Virus record (IMG/VR): IMGVR_UViG_3300031784_000013
Location: 47,143 to 111,142 of that record
Reading direction: 5' to 3' (one strand)
Length of the DNA: 64,000 bases
From: a virus
In this document: positions 18,728-29,374 of the stretch, in pieces
Position numbering within the stretch: position 1 is the stretch's first letter
Layout: each line of letters starts with the position of its first letter
The notes under the pieces: model-generated
Seen by the model: only the letters and a program-made list of their open reading frames with translations
Databases searched by the model: none
Told to the model about the DNA's origin: nothing
Program-made: the position numbers and the translations under genes

Positions 18728-18918
18728 AACCATTCGTAGAAACAAGATTAAATACATCAGTAGACCAAGTTATAGTTATTCAGCAAGATGAGTTTAAAAA
18801 TAAAGGTATACACCTAATTATATCAGAAGCAGATAAGTCTTATGAATACAGAGTGTATTTAACAGAAGAAGAAATTGCTGTACTAATTAAGCTAATTAAA
18901 CAAATGCAAGAACTATGA
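18724..18918 (+). CDS. Hypothetical protein
   Basis: ORF track; probable start MKPFVE. Confidence 0.55.
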   Translation: MKPFVETRLNTSVDQVIVIQQDEFKNKGIHLIISEADKSYEYRVYLTEEEIAVLIKLIKQMQEL

Positions 18919-19118
18919 AACAGACAGCAGTAGATTGGTTATTCAACAGATTGTGGGAGACACCAAAGGATAAGTTTACTTGGCACACCATCTTAGAAGA
19001 AGCCAAGCAAAGAGAGAAGATGCAAATAGAATCGGCACATAGACACGGTGCATCTGATCTTATTCTGCATCGATACAAAATGGAACAGTATTACAAAGAT
19101 ACCTACGAAAACGAATGA
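18915..19118 (+). CDS. Hypothetical phage protein (MKQTAVDWL...AK..EK.QI family)
   Basis: Motif common in Bacteroidota phages. Confidence 0.65.
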   Translation: MKQTAVDWLFNRLWETPKDKFTWHTILEEAKQREKMQIESAHRHGASDLILHRYKMEQYYKDTYENE

Positions 19119-19318
19119 ACATCTATCTAGGACAACAAGCAAAAAGCCTATTTTATATGAGGGAAATACCTGTTGATTCAATAGGTGTATTTCAATCTCA
19201 TGTAGGTGAGTGGTTGTATTGGTATAACGATGGTTTTACCTATGACACAGGATTCGCTGATAGCGAAGCAGAAGCATTACAAATAGCAAAGAAGAACTTT
19301 AAACCTTACAAGAAATGA
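19115..19318 (+). CDS. Hypothetical protein
   Basis: Overlapping start/stop packing. Confidence 0.55.
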   Translation: MNIYLGQQAKSLFYMREIPVDSIGVFQSHVGEWLYWYNDGFTYDTGFADSEAEALQIAKKNFKPYKK

Positions 19319-19442
19319 AAAAAGAAATTAAAAGACCAGAAGATTTAGCACCAAAGGGTGTAAAAAGTACAATTAAAGGAAACTATAGTTTTAATGAAGT
19401 ATTTCAACACATTTACAACGAAGCAAGAAAACCAGACGAAGC

Positions 19443-19679
19443 ATGGAAAAGCAATTAAACACATATCAGCATTGGGTTGATATTCATTTAAGCAAAGAGG
19501 ATGCAGAAAAGTTTTTTGCCAATATGGCAAATGAACAAGATCCACTTAATCCTTCAACTCAAACAGTAGAAGATGAGTTTCTATACTCTGCATTTATTTG
19601 GGACAGATCAAATGAAGGACTTGAGTATTGGATGCGAGTCCAAAAAAATATAGAAGAGAAAAATGGCTGGGAGGGTTGA
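19443..19679 (+). CDS. Hypothetical protein
   Basis: ORF track; AFIWDRSNEGLEYW motif. Confidence 0.6.
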   Translation: MEKQLNTYQHWVDIHLSKEDAEKFFANMANEQDPLNPSTQTVEDEFLYSAFIWDRSNEGLEYWMRVQKNIEEKNGWEG

Positions 19680-20157
19680 TGACAAAGATGCAATATGGAT
19701 AGAGGCTAACTTCAAAGTTAGCTTCTACCAGCCTGAAGATTTGTTAGCAGGCATGTGGTTCATGAATAGTCTTTATCCAGGAACTGATAGAGAGTTTGTT
19801 GAATTATGGCTCCTCGAAGAGGATATTATTGAGGAAGAGTATGACAATTTTGTGGCAAAGCATGGTTTTCCTGTTGAGCCAATGGTCACACTAGAGATGA
19901 GCAATCCTGATGAACCTGATTTAATTGTGGCGTATTCGCCAGAAATAGGATGGTTGCATGAAGATGATGAGCTAAGACCATTTGACATTGATGATGCAAA
20001 CTGGATTATTCAGAACAATGATGGAAAGGTGCATATATTGATTGATGGTGAAGCATTTGATCAGGATGAAACAATCTACACTCTTACAGAGGATCAAGAA
20101 GTGATATTAAAATATTTCTTTCTTGAGGATTATGAAGAAGAAGATTTGACAGAGTAA
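19663..20157 (+). CDS. Highly acidic hypothetical protein
   Basis: 164 aa, D/E-rich. Confidence 0.65.
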   Translation: MAGRVDDKDAIWIEANFKVSFYQPEDLLAGMWFMNSLYPGTDREFVELWLLEEDIIEEEYDNFVAKHGFPVEPMVTLEMSNPDEPDLIVAYSPEIGWLHEDDELRPFDIDDANWIIQNNDGKVHILIDGEAFDQDETIYTLTEDQEVILKYFFLEDYEEEDLTE

Positions 20158-20163
20158 CTAAAA

Positions 20164-20733
20164 TTGTGTATTTTACTAATGGAAAAAGTTATTAAGTTAT
20201 TTTCAACTTTGTTAATGTTCATAGGTCCAATTTCATCATCAAATGAAAACAGTCACACTTTCATTTTAAAATACGATTACAAAAGTGATCACACAACAAG
20301 ATCATTGATTGAAAAATTTGAAGGTGTCAAACTGACTGCTTACAGATGTCCATCAGGAATTCCAACAATTGGAATAGGCTCAACCTATTACGAGAATGGA
20401 AGATCAGTAAAGATGGGTGATGTGATTAGTTTGGGTAGAGCGAATCAACTTTACGACTTTAACATCAATCAAATTGAAAAGCAATTGAAAAACTTAGTCA
20501 AAGTTGAATTAACAAAGAATCAAAAATCTGCACTCACTAGCTTCTTGTACAATGTAGGATATGGAAATTTCGAAAAATCAAAATTATTGGAGATGATAAA
20601 CAAAAATCCACATGATTTTAGAATTCAACATGAGTTCATGAAATGGACAACATCAAGAGGAAGACCAATGAGAGGCTTAAGAAAAAGAAGAATTGAAGAA
20701 TTAGAATTGTATTTCACAAAAAACAAACGTTAA
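20164..20733 (+). CDS. GH24 phage lysozyme with N-terminal hydrophobic (signal/SAR-like) segment
   Basis: FEGVKLTAYRCPSGIPTIGIG (E-x8-C-x5-T triad), ALTSFLYNVG, GLRKRR..E. Confidence 0.88.
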   Translation: MCILLMEKVIKLFSTLLMFIGPISSSNENSHTFILKYDYKSDHTTRSLIEKFEGVKLTAYRCPSGIPTIGIGSTYYENGRSVKMGDVISLGRANQLYDFNINQIEKQLKNLVKVELTKNQKSALTSFLYNVGYGNFEKSKLLEMINKNPHDFRIQHEFMKWTTSRGRPMRGLRKRRIEELELYFTKNKR

Positions 20734-20737
20734 AACC

Positions 20738-21346
20738 ATGGCAGTAGAAATTTATTTAGAACCAGAGCTAGAAGAAATGATTGGCTCAAAAGAAGTGACA
20801 GAAGAGTGGAAGCAGATTGCTGAAGAACTTGGTATGGAAGGTCAGTTAAAACTAATCGCACCAAAATCAAGTGGAGAAACTGATAAGAATCCTTCTCCAT
20901 ACATCCACATGAATAAGAAAGCAGAGAATGTCTTTGCTATTCTTTGTCCAGAAGTTGTTGATTACAAGAAGTATGACAAGTCTACCATTCCAAGAGAAGT
21001 AATGAGAGAAATTGCTATGGCTGAAAGGCTGCAATTCTTTGATAAAATCTGTATTTGGTATGATGATGCTTCTCCAGATCCTCTTGTAGTTGGTTATATC
21101 AAGGTGGGAAATTATGAGTTTATCAAGCACATGATTGCTCGATTTGGTGATGAGATTCTTCCATTCGAAGTGCTAGAAAGAAAAGCAATTGATCGTCTGA
21201 AGAAAAGAATCACTGACAAACTAAAGGCTACACTCGCTGGTATAGACACTAAAGTGGATGGTTTCTTCAATCCTGTTCGTTACAATGATGACAATCTGAA
21301 CATCGATTTCAAGACTGTAACCTTTGAACACAGAAATGGTGCATAA
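20738..21346 (+). CDS. Hypothetical protein
   Basis: 202 aa ORF. Confidence 0.7.
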   Translation: MAVEIYLEPELEEMIGSKEVTEEWKQIAEELGMEGQLKLIAPKSSGETDKNPSPYIHMNKKAENVFAILCPEVVDYKKYDKSTIPREVMREIAMAERLQFFDKICIWYDDASPDPLVVGYIKVGNYEFIKHMIARFGDEILPFEVLERKAIDRLKKRITDKLKATLAGIDTKVDGFFNPVRYNDDNLNIDFKTVTFEHRNGA

Positions 21347-21354
21347 TCAAACAT

Positions 21355-23322
21355 ATGGATGTTTTAATTTACGACATTGAAACACTCAAAGAAATGTTTC
21401 TCGTGGGGATTTATATTCCTCACGAGGACATTTATCGTGAGTTTGAGGTGAGCAAGAGCAAGTATGAACTAGATCAGTTTGTAGAGTTCACAGAGAAGTA
21501 CAAAGACTTCTATTGGGTGGGCTACAACAATCTAAGATTTGACAGCCAAGTGGTTGAATGGATCTTAAGAAAGTATCAAGATTGGGGTGAAAAGTCTAAT
21601 CTTGAAGTGGCAGCCATGATTGCTCAGAAGGCTCAGGATGTAATAGATGATGCAAACTATGATGTATTTGCTGAGTATCGTGAAGAAGAGCTTAGTTTGA
21701 AGCAGATTGATCTATTCAAGATACATCACTTTGACAACAAGAACAGACGTGTTAGTCTAAAGAGACTAGAGTTTGAAATGGATCTCGAGAACATTGAAGA
21801 GATGCCTATTCATCATACAAAGATTGGTATGACTCTAGAAGATAGAAAGCTCACACGTCAGTATTGTCAGAATGATGTTATGGCTACCTATGAGTTTTAC
21901 AAGGTGACCATTGGTGATACAGAGCATCCGTTGTACAAGGGTAATGACCAGATACAGTTGAGACTTGACATAGAGAAAGAGTTTGATATTCCATGTATAA
22001 ACTATTCAGATAGTAAGATTGGTGATGAGATCATCAAGAAATACTATTGTGAGGAGAAGAAGATGGATGTTAAAACTCTTCCTAGAAAGGGTCACTTCAG
22101 AAAGTACATCTTTCTTAGTCAATGCATTGCTCCATACGTACAGTTTAAGACTGTTCAGCTAGATCAGTTTCTTAAGAAGATTAAGAAGATGCGTCTAGAA
22201 CTCACTGATGATTTCAAGGAGCACATACATTTCTATGACAATATGTATTCTTTCATGAAGGGTGGTTTGCACACAGAAAACAAACCAGAAGTATTTGAGG
22301 AGGATGAAGATCATCTCATCATTGACTGGGACGTTTCTAGCTACTATCCTGCCATTATCATCAACAACAAGCAGTATCCATATCATTTAGGAAAAGAGTT
22401 TCTCACAGGCTATAAAAAGATGTATGAGAAGCGTTTAGAACTAAAGCCTTTTGCAAAGAGCGATAAGAAGATTAAGGGTATTGTTGGTGCGTTGAAGCTT
22501 GCTGTAAACTCTGTGTATGGTAAAAGTAGTGACATGAATAGTTGGATATATGATAGACAACTCACTATGTTTACAACAATCACAGGGGAATTGTCCTTGA
22601 TGATGCTCATTGAAGCGTATGAAACCAAAGAAATACGTGTCATATCAGCTAACACTGACGGTGTAACAATTCAAATCCATAAAAGCAAACTTGCTGAGAT
22701 GGAGAAGATTAATGACTGGTGGTGTAAGATAACTGGATATGAGCTTGAAAGGGCTGATTACAAAAAGATTATATTCTCAACAGTTAATGACTACTTAGCA
22801 ATTAAAACAGATGGAGAAATTAAAAAGAAAGGGGATTTTCTCACGGATTTTGAACTTCATAAAAACAAATCCGCCAGAATTGTCCCTCTTGCTCTTGAGC
22901 ATTACTACGTTAGCGGTGTTCCTATTGCTGAAACTATTCATCTTCATAAGAATCCTTTTGATTTTTGTATAAGACAGAAATCAACTAGTGACTTTCATTA
23001 TGAGGGATATAGAAAAGGAATGGAACCGTCTGTATACAACAAACTCATTCGCTACTATATCACTAAAGGTGAAGATGGGGAGAAACTCTTGAAGATTAAG
23101 AATCAAGATTCTACCTCCACAGCACCTAATAGTTCACAAGTGGAGGCTGGAGATTGGTTGTGTAAGGTGGTGAACCATCTTCCTGCAAGCACAACTGTTG
23201 CATCAATGAACGTCAACTATGACTATTACATTGATAAAGCAGAGAGTCTTGTATTGAAGATTGTCACTAAGGGTAAGAAAAGAAAAGTAGATAGAATTCC
23301 TAACCAAATTTCTTTATTTTAA
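21355..23322 (+). CDS. polB: Family B DNA polymerase (crAss-like PolB)
   Basis: ExoI YDIET, ExoII YNNLRFD, ExoIII YCQND; pol motifs DVSSYYP, KLAVNSVYGK, NTDG. Confidence 0.92.
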   Translation: MDVLIYDIETLKEMFLVGIYIPHEDIYREFEVSKSKYELDQFVEFTEKYKDFYWVGYNNLRFDSQVVEWILRKYQDWGEKSNLEVAAMIAQKAQDVIDDANYDVFAEYREEELSLKQIDLFKIHHFDNKNRRVSLKRLEFEMDLENIEEMPIHHTKIGMTLEDRKLTRQYCQNDVMATYEFYKVTIGDTEHPLYKGNDQIQLRLDIEKEFDIPCINYSDSKIGDEIIKKYYCEEKKMDVKTLPRKGHFRKYIFLSQCIAPYVQFKTVQLDQFLKKIKKMRLELTDDFKEHIHFYDNMYSFMKGGLHTENKPEVFEEDEDHLIIDWDVSSYYPAIIINNKQYPYHLGKEFLTGYKKMYEKRLELKPFAKSDKKIKGIVGALKLAVNSVYGKSSDMNSWIYDRQLTMFTTITGELSLMMLIEAYETKEIRVISANTDGVTIQIHKSKLAEMEKINDWWCKITGYELERADYKKIIFSTVNDYLAIKTDGEIKKKGDFLTDFELHKNKSARIVPLALEHYYVSGVPIAETIHLHKNPFDFCIRQKSTSDFHYEGYRKGMEPSVYNKLIRYYITKGEDGEKLLKIKNQDSTSTAPNSSQVEAGDWLCKVVNHLPASTTVASMNVNYDYYIDKAESLVLKIVTKGKKRKVDRIPNQISLF

Positions 23323-23324
23323 TT

Positions 23325-23834
23325 ATGGAAGAAGAAAAGTCATATACGCAAATAGAGACATTACCTCCTAGCAGCTTTACTCCTGTATATTTAAGATCAA
23401 TGAAAATTCCAATTAACAGAGGCAGTAGATACTTTGATTTAAATGGTGTGGTGCATGTAGTGATATACTCCAAGCCAGATGTAATCAAGCTAATGCCAAT
23501 CAAAAGCAATGCTATGATTGATGTTTGGGAAGTGGATGAGTTTAAGAACCAAGTTAAGTTTTTAAAATTCACACACTTACCACACCCTCCTATAAATAGA
23601 GCTAATGTTTCAGAACATCTTCTGGAATACCAGTTCAACATGTTAGGAAAAACAATGGCAAACACTCTTGCAGAAACAGACTGGAAGACAACCTGGAAAC
23701 TGACTAAGAAGCAAAAAGAAATGTTTAAGTCTTATGCAGTTGGAATACTAAAAAAAGTTTTTAGATTCAACGGTGCAAAGGCTCGTGAAACATATGAGTT
23801 CTTTGATAAAAACTTTGGACTTTTAACGCTTTGA
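23325..23834 (+). CDS. Hypothetical protein
   Basis: 169 aa ORF. Confidence 0.65.
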   Translation: MEEEKSYTQIETLPPSSFTPVYLRSMKIPINRGSRYFDLNGVVHVVIYSKPDVIKLMPIKSNAMIDVWEVDEFKNQVKFLKFTHLPHPPINRANVSEHLLEYQFNMLGKTMANTLAETDWKTTWKLTKKQKEMFKSYAVGILKKVFRFNGAKARETYEFFDKNFGLLTL

Positions 23835-24074
23835 GTCATGGCCAGTTTTCTTCTAATCTATTGTTTATTTAGCACTGCATTACTAATTGCATTAGTAGAA
23901 TTTATAATTAAACACGATAGAAAACGATGAACGTACACGAAGACCATGAACACGTTCCCATTAGGGAAGCAGCAATTATCCAATTGCAAAAGAGAGATGA
24001 AGTGGAACAAGCAAACCACGAATACGAGTCAACTAGACAACCTGCAAAAATTATTGTAACTACAGAGAAGAACG

Positions 24075-24698
24075 ATGAAGTTCAACATAACGCCCTCCCA
24101 TTTTGAACAACTTCTCAAACAATCCTATAGTCTAGATCACATTTTCTTATTAAAGCTTGTAGAGGCCAATATTGACATACAACCATTAACAGATGGAAGT
24201 ATGAAGATAGCTGGCCTCTATCAGTCTTTAGTCAGGAAAGGTCTTGTCTCTGATGTAACCTTACAAATTACACAGATAGGAAGAGAGTTGTTGACATTTG
24301 CTGACTCTGAAGTAAAGCAAACCATCAAAAAAGTAAAACAGAAGCCTGAAGACTTTGATGGTTGGTGGAATGCTTTTCCTTCTACGGACAATTTTGAACA
24401 CAAAGGAAAAAAGTTTCCTGGATCAAGAGCACTAAAGAGAGCAAGAGAGGATTGCAGAATCAAATTCAACAAGATTCTTGCTGAAGGAGAATATGTCGCA
24501 AAGGATATTATAGATGCTACCAACCTAGATGTATATCTAAAGAAGGAAGCATCTCTAAGAACAAGTGATAATAAGCTGAGCTTTTTGCAGAATAGTCTCA
24601 CTTATCTAACACAGAGAAGCTTTGAACCCTTTATTGAAATGATTAAAACAGGAGTGGAAATACCTAACGCACAAACAAAAAGATCTATTGATATATGA
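24075..24698 (+). CDS. Hypothetical replication-associated protein (possible initiator/helicase loader)
   Basis: Immediately upstream of DnaB; FDGWWNAFP and NSLTYL motifs. Confidence 0.55.
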   Translation: MKFNITPSHFEQLLKQSYSLDHIFLLKLVEANIDIQPLTDGSMKIAGLYQSLVRKGLVSDVTLQITQIGRELLTFADSEVKQTIKKVKQKPEDFDGWWNAFPSTDNFEHKGKKFPGSRALKRAREDCRIKFNKILAEGEYVAKDIIDATNLDVYLKKEASLRTSDNKLSFLQNSLTYLTQRSFEPFIEMIKTGVEIPNAQTKRSIDI

Positions 24699-25777
24699 GT
24701 TTTGAAACACTAAAGAAAGAAGTAGACAATGGTTTGAGTGGTAGGAATAATGGTATTCCTATGGGCTTCCATCGATTGAACAGGTATATAGGTATTCGTA
24801 AGCGAATGTATTTTGTAACAGGAGGTTTGACAGGCTCAGGCAAGACAAGCTTTGTAGATGATGCATTTGTTTTGAATCCTTATGACTGGTATATCAGTCA
24901 GAAAGACCCAAAATTCAAGTTACGTATCATATATCGTTCAATGGAGCGCAGTAGAACATACAAACTTGCTAAGTGGGTATGTAGAAAGATCTTTCTAGAT
25001 CATGGCTATATCATTCCTGTAAGTAAGTTGTTAGGGTGGACTGATAAGATGACAAAGGATGAACATGACATATTTCTATTGTATAAGGATTACATGGAAC
25101 AAATGGATGATGTCATTACAATCATTGATGGTCCAGAGAATCCTGTTGGTATTGCTAAAGACTTAAAGAGTCATGCAATGAAGCACGGTGTGATTGAACA
25201 ACTAGATGAGTACAACAAGATCTACATTCCAAATGATGAGAATGAAGTGACTATTGTTGTTGTAGATCACCTAGGATTGCTCAAGACTACCAAAGAACTC
25301 ACTACCAAGAAACAAACCATTGACAAGATGAGTGATGAGTTGAGATATGCCAGAGACTTTTATGGCTACACTATTGTAGCTGTACAACAATTCAATCGTG
25401 ACATATCAAATCCCATCAGAATCAAGAATGGTGATGTAGAACCACAACTAGAAGACTTCAAGGAGTCATCAGTACCTCAAGAGGATGCTGATGTTGTTCT
25501 TGCACTCTTCGATCCTATGAGATACAAGGTAGCTGATCCCAGTGGTTACAATCTTGACAAACTGATTGATGAATATGGTGGTAAGTATTTTAGATCACTA
25601 CGACTCATCAAGAACAGCTATGGTGAAGATGATGTAAGAATTGGTCTTGGCTTTCTTGGTCAGGTGGGTATGTTTAAGGAACTTCCCAAGAGGAAGGATA
25701 TGACAGATGTAGATTATGAAAATGTTGTAAACAAAAGCTTTTTCTTAAATGATCAGCATAGCTCAACATTGCGATAA
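24695..25777 (+). CDS. dnaB: DnaB-like replicative helicase
   Basis: GGLTGSGKT Walker A, SME, VVVDHLGLL, QQFNR, DADVV, KNSYG. Confidence 0.88.
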   Translation: MSFETLKKEVDNGLSGRNNGIPMGFHRLNRYIGIRKRMYFVTGGLTGSGKTSFVDDAFVLNPYDWYISQKDPKFKLRIIYRSMERSRTYKLAKWVCRKIFLDHGYIIPVSKLLGWTDKMTKDEHDIFLLYKDYMEQMDDVITIIDGPENPVGIAKDLKSHAMKHGVIEQLDEYNKIYIPNDENEVTIVVVDHLGLLKTTKELTTKKQTIDKMSDELRYARDFYGYTIVAVQQFNRDISNPIRIKNGDVEPQLEDFKESSVPQEDADVVLALFDPMRYKVADPSGYNLDKLIDEYGGKYFRSLRLIKNSYGEDDVRIGLGFLGQVGMFKELPKRKDMTDVDYENVVNKSFFLNDQHSSTLR

Positions 25778-25861
25778 ATGTAAAAACCTAACAAGTCACA
25801 CACTCAAAGATGGTGTGATAGTATGCTTAAAATGTAAAAAACAAACCAAAACAATAAAACT

Positions 25862-26185
25862 ATGAATGTTTACGAGAGTACACTAGAAAAATTACCAGAC
25901 GTATTTACATCTCATCATTACTTAGGTGTGTTGAGAAAGTCAGACCTACCAATCAATGTGATTGAACAAGGTCATCATCTTGACTTTCTAGCAGAAAGAT
26001 GTAAAAGATTAACTCCAAAAACATGGAGAAAAAGAATTTCAACACATAATGCAAAGTCTGCTGAAATTATTGTAACTGAGATTGAAAATAAAATAACTCC
26101 ACAACCTTCTAAGGTTGAAGAAGCTATTTCTCTTCTAAAGTCAAACGGATACAAGATTTATAAAACAGAACTTGTTGAAGTGTAA
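25862..26185 (+). CDS. Hypothetical protein
   Basis: ORF; AISLLKSNGYKIYK C-terminus. Confidence 0.65.
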   Translation: MNVYESTLEKLPDVFTSHHYLGVLRKSDLPINVIEQGHHLDFLAERCKRLTPKTWRKRISTHNAKSAEIIVTEIENKITPQPSKVEEAISLLKSNGYKIYKTELVEV

Positions 26186-26187
26186 GA

Positions 26188-27282
26188 ATGACACTAAGAG
26201 ATCAAAGACAATCTGAATTTGCCAAACAGTGGATTGATAGTGGAGAGTATGGTATTCTCTATTTATGTCCAAGGTTTGGTAAAATCAGAACGTCAATCAA
26301 TGTGCTGAAGCATTATGATAAAGATTGTTCTGTTCTAGTTGCCTATCCAGACAATAAGATTAAACAGTCCTGGTTGGATGATTTCGAAGCTCTTGGATAC
26401 GATAATGAGAACATCACATTCACCACACACCTATCACTTAAGAAGTATACAGACAAGCTGTTTGACATTATTATCATTGATGAGATACATCTATTGTCTG
26501 AAGCTCAGATAGAAGTGTGTGAAGAGTTGTTTACAGACAACAAGAAAGTGCTTGGTCTCACTGGTACACTAGCAACATCCACTAGAATAGTTTTAGAAGA
26601 TCGTCTTGCTCTGTATGTAAATGCTGAATATCCTTTAGCAAAGGCAATTGATGAAGGCATCATTGTAGACTATGAAATCACTGTTGTAACAACACCTCTA
26701 GATATCATCACTAAACAGAACTATGGTGGTAAAGAAAGAACAGAGAAACAACAGTTTGATAATTATACATGGGTGATTAACAAGATGCAGTCAGAATACA
26801 GAGATACAATGTTCTTACGACTAGCAAGAATGAGACTGATACAATCTTCTCTGGCAAAGGTAAATCTTACCAAGAAGCTGATTAGTAAGCATGCTGATGA
26901 AAGAATGTTGATATTCTGTGGAGTGACAAAGGTGGCTGATGGTTTAGGAATTCCTTCCTATCACAGCAAATCTAGCGAGAAGCAAATGTTTGCTGATTTC
27001 GCTGAGGGAAAGGGTAATCATATGGCTGTTGTGAAGATTGGCAACACAGGTGTGACATACAAACCCTTGAACCGTGTAGTTATAAACTACTTTGATAGCA
27101 ATAGTGAGAACCTGGCTCAGAAGATACAGAGATGCACAGCAATGGAATACAATAACCCTGATAAAAAGGCTCAGATATACATCATATCTAGCAATGAGCA
27201 GGTGGAATTGAAGTGGTTGCAGAAGGCTTTAGAGTTCTTTGACAGGAGTAAAATTAAGTTTGTCGAGGCTAGGAATTTATAA
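26188..27282 (+). CDS. Superfamily 2 (DEAD/H-like) helicase
   Basis: PRFGK, IIIDEIH, GLTGT, QKIQR motifs. Confidence 0.8.
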   Translation: MTLRDQRQSEFAKQWIDSGEYGILYLCPRFGKIRTSINVLKHYDKDCSVLVAYPDNKIKQSWLDDFEALGYDNENITFTTHLSLKKYTDKLFDIIIIDEIHLLSEAQIEVCEELFTDNKKVLGLTGTLATSTRIVLEDRLALYVNAEYPLAKAIDEGIIVDYEITVVTTPLDIITKQNYGGKERTEKQQFDNYTWVINKMQSEYRDTMFLRLARMRLIQSSLAKVNLTKKLISKHADERMLIFCGVTKVADGLGIPSYHSKSSEKQMFADFAEGKGNHMAVVKIGNTGVTYKPLNRVVINYFDSNSENLAQKIQRCTAMEYNNPDKKAQIYIISSNEQVELKWLQKALEFFDRSKIKFVEARNL

Positions 27283-27335
27283 CCAAAAAAGTGTATATTT
27301 ATAATGAAAAAAGTTAAAACCTAAAATTAAAGCAA

Positions 27336-28007
27336 ATGGCAAGTAAACTAATTGGTATCGTAGGAGAGACCAGTACAGGAAAATCAACATCAATCAAACA
27401 CTTAAATCCAGATGAGACGTACATCATCAACGTGGCTAAGAAAGAACTTCCTTTCAAGGGCTCTGAGAAGATGTACAATGCAGACAAGAAGAACTACAAG
27501 GAAGTGGATGACGCTAATGAAATCTCTAGGCTTCTAAAAACCATTTCTGAGAAAGCACCACACATCAAGAACATTGTTATCGAAGACTCTAACTACATCA
27601 TGGGTTTTACAATGGTGTCAAAAGCCACAGAAGTTGGCTATCAGAAGTTTTCAATTATGGCAAAAGACATGGTTGATTTGTTTAGAACAGCAAGAATGCT
27701 CAGAGATGATATTGTTGTGTTCTATTTCACTCACCCAGAAGTGATTGAGGACAGTGGTGAAATCATTGGTTACAAAATTAAGACAGCTGGTAAGTTAATT
27801 GACAACCAGGTGTTGCTAGAAGGTTTGATGACTGTCTGTTTGTACACTCTTGTAGAAGAGCAGAAGGATGGTACAGCGTCTTACAACTTCATCACCAATA
27901 GATTTAGAAAGATGCCAGCAAAATCACCAGCAGGTATGTTTGCTGACTTAAAGATTCCAAACAACCTACAGGTTGTAGTGGATAGTGTAAATGAGTATTA
28001 TAAATAA
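27336..28007 (+). CDS. AAA-domain ATPase (AAA_24/Sak4-like)
   Basis: GETSTGKST Walker A; KTAGKL; AKSP.GMF C-terminal motif. Confidence 0.8.
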   Translation: MASKLIGIVGETSTGKSTSIKHLNPDETYIINVAKKELPFKGSEKMYNADKKNYKEVDDANEISRLLKTISEKAPHIKNIVIEDSNYIMGFTMVSKATEVGYQKFSIMAKDMVDLFRTARMLRDDIVVFYFTHPEVIEDSGEIIGYKIKTAGKLIDNQVLLEGLMTVCLYTLVEEQKDGTASYNFITNRFRKMPAKSPAGMFADLKIPNNLQVVVDSVNEYYK

Positions 28008-28029
28008 AAACAACTAAACAATTAAAGCT

Positions 28030-28923
28030 ATGTCAGGAATTGGCGGATCAAAAAGAGAAAGAAAAGAAGGTGGAAACGATTTTCCAAAGAAAGTAGGTTT
28101 GTTTGAGGCTAGTGTGATTGCAATCAATCCCACAATTGAACAATACAAAGACATTCTTGGAATCGAACTAAAAGAAGATAGCAAAGCAACTGAATATCTT
28201 GGTGAGAGCAGAGATGGTAATACCACTATAAGAATTAGTGTGTGGTTGAAAGATGTTAAATCTGGACAGAATTTTAACATCAATTACTTTCTAGAAGATA
28301 AGGAGCGTGAGAACAAAGATGGAACCAAGAAGCAATATATTAATCAAATAGGACTTTGCGCTTGGGCTGCTGATGAAGATGGTCTTGCACAATGGTTCAA
28401 AGGCACTCCTGGAAATGAGAAAGATTTCAGAGTGGCTTATGTTGGTGAAGAAGAGTTTTATGAATTCTTGCGTAACTGGTTGTGTGAACTAGACTATAGT
28501 AGAAATGACACCACTCTATCACTAGATTGGAAGAAGCTCATCAGAGGTAATGTGAAAGAAATCTCTTCACAGATCAACGGTGAGTGGTGTGGAAACTTTG
28601 TAGCAATGGCTACAATAACTACAAGAGAGAAAGATGGTGAAGTGAAAGAATATCAGAGCGTCTACAACAAAGCGTTTCTTCCAGCATATTCTTTGAAGCA
28701 ATTCAGACTAAAGGAGAATGATTACAACGATCAGTCTCGTGTAAACTCATTGCTATCTAAGAAGTCAAAAGATCTTCGTCCACACGAAAGATTTGTTGTG
28801 AAGATTACTGGTGAGTATGGTTGCAAAGACTACTATACATTCAAAGATTTGCATGACTATGATCCAGAGCAAAACTTGGTTGCATCAGACAAAGTAATTG
28901 CTGATGATGATGCTGATTATTGA
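28030..28923 (+). CDS. Putative single-stranded DNA-binding protein
   Basis: Follows the Sak4-like ATPase; acidic C-terminus (DDDADY); crAss-like synteny. Confidence 0.55.
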   Translation: MSGIGGSKRERKEGGNDFPKKVGLFEASVIAINPTIEQYKDILGIELKEDSKATEYLGESRDGNTTIRISVWLKDVKSGQNFNINYFLEDKERENKDGTKKQYINQIGLCAWAADEDGLAQWFKGTPGNEKDFRVAYVGEEEFYEFLRNWLCELDYSRNDTTLSLDWKKLIRGNVKEISSQINGEWCGNFVAMATITTREKDGEVKEYQSVYNKAFLPAYSLKQFRLKENDYNDQSRVNSLLSKKSKDLRPHERFVVKITGEYGCKDYYTFKDLHDYDPEQNLVASDKVIADDDADY

Positions 28924-28942
28924 TAAATAATCTTTTATATTC

Positions 28943-28970
28943 AAGGCTCTCAGAAATGGGAGCCTTTTTT
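28943..28970 (+). terminator. Terminator
   Basis: AAGGCTCTCA-GAAA-TGGGAGCCTT plus T-run. Confidence 0.8.
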
Positions 28971-28981
28971 ATTTACACACT

Positions 28982-29374
28982 ATGGCAAAAGTAATTTGGA
29001 TACCTGGAAGCATTGGGGAGCTACTTGATAAAGTGAGCATCCTCAACATTAAACGTGTCATGATCACAGACACAGAGAAGCTAGCAATGGTAAAGGATGA
29101 GCTACAAGAACTAATGGATGTAGCCAATCCTTTTTTAGAAAACAAAGATGTGGAAGAGCTCTATGATCTTCTCCTAATGGTTAACAAGAATCTCTGGGAT
29201 GTAGAAGATGTCCTGAGAAAGATGGAAGCTGATAAACAATTTGACGAAGAATTTATTGCGAAAGCCAGAAGTGTCTATTTCCTTAACGACAGACGATTTG
29301 AACTGAAAAGTAAGATCAACACTGTTATGGGATCTAGAATAAACGAGGTGAAACAATACGTTCAATATCAATGA
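28982..29374 (+). CDS. DUF6165-like protein
   Basis: SIGELLDKVSIL.IK...VNKNLWDVED..R...ARSVY..ND.R...K..IN...S...EVK.Y. Confidence 0.75.
   Translation: MAKVIWIPGSIGELLDKVSILNIKRVMITDTEKLAMVKDELQELMDVANPFLENKDVEELYDLLLMVNKNLWDVEDVLRKMEADKQFDEEFIAKARSVYFLNDRRFELKSKINTVMGSRINEVKQYVQYQ

Noticed and set aside
21355-23322. Intein or intron in PolB, TerL, DnaB or RecA
   Set aside because: Protein lengths and motif spacing are normal; no splice motifs seen
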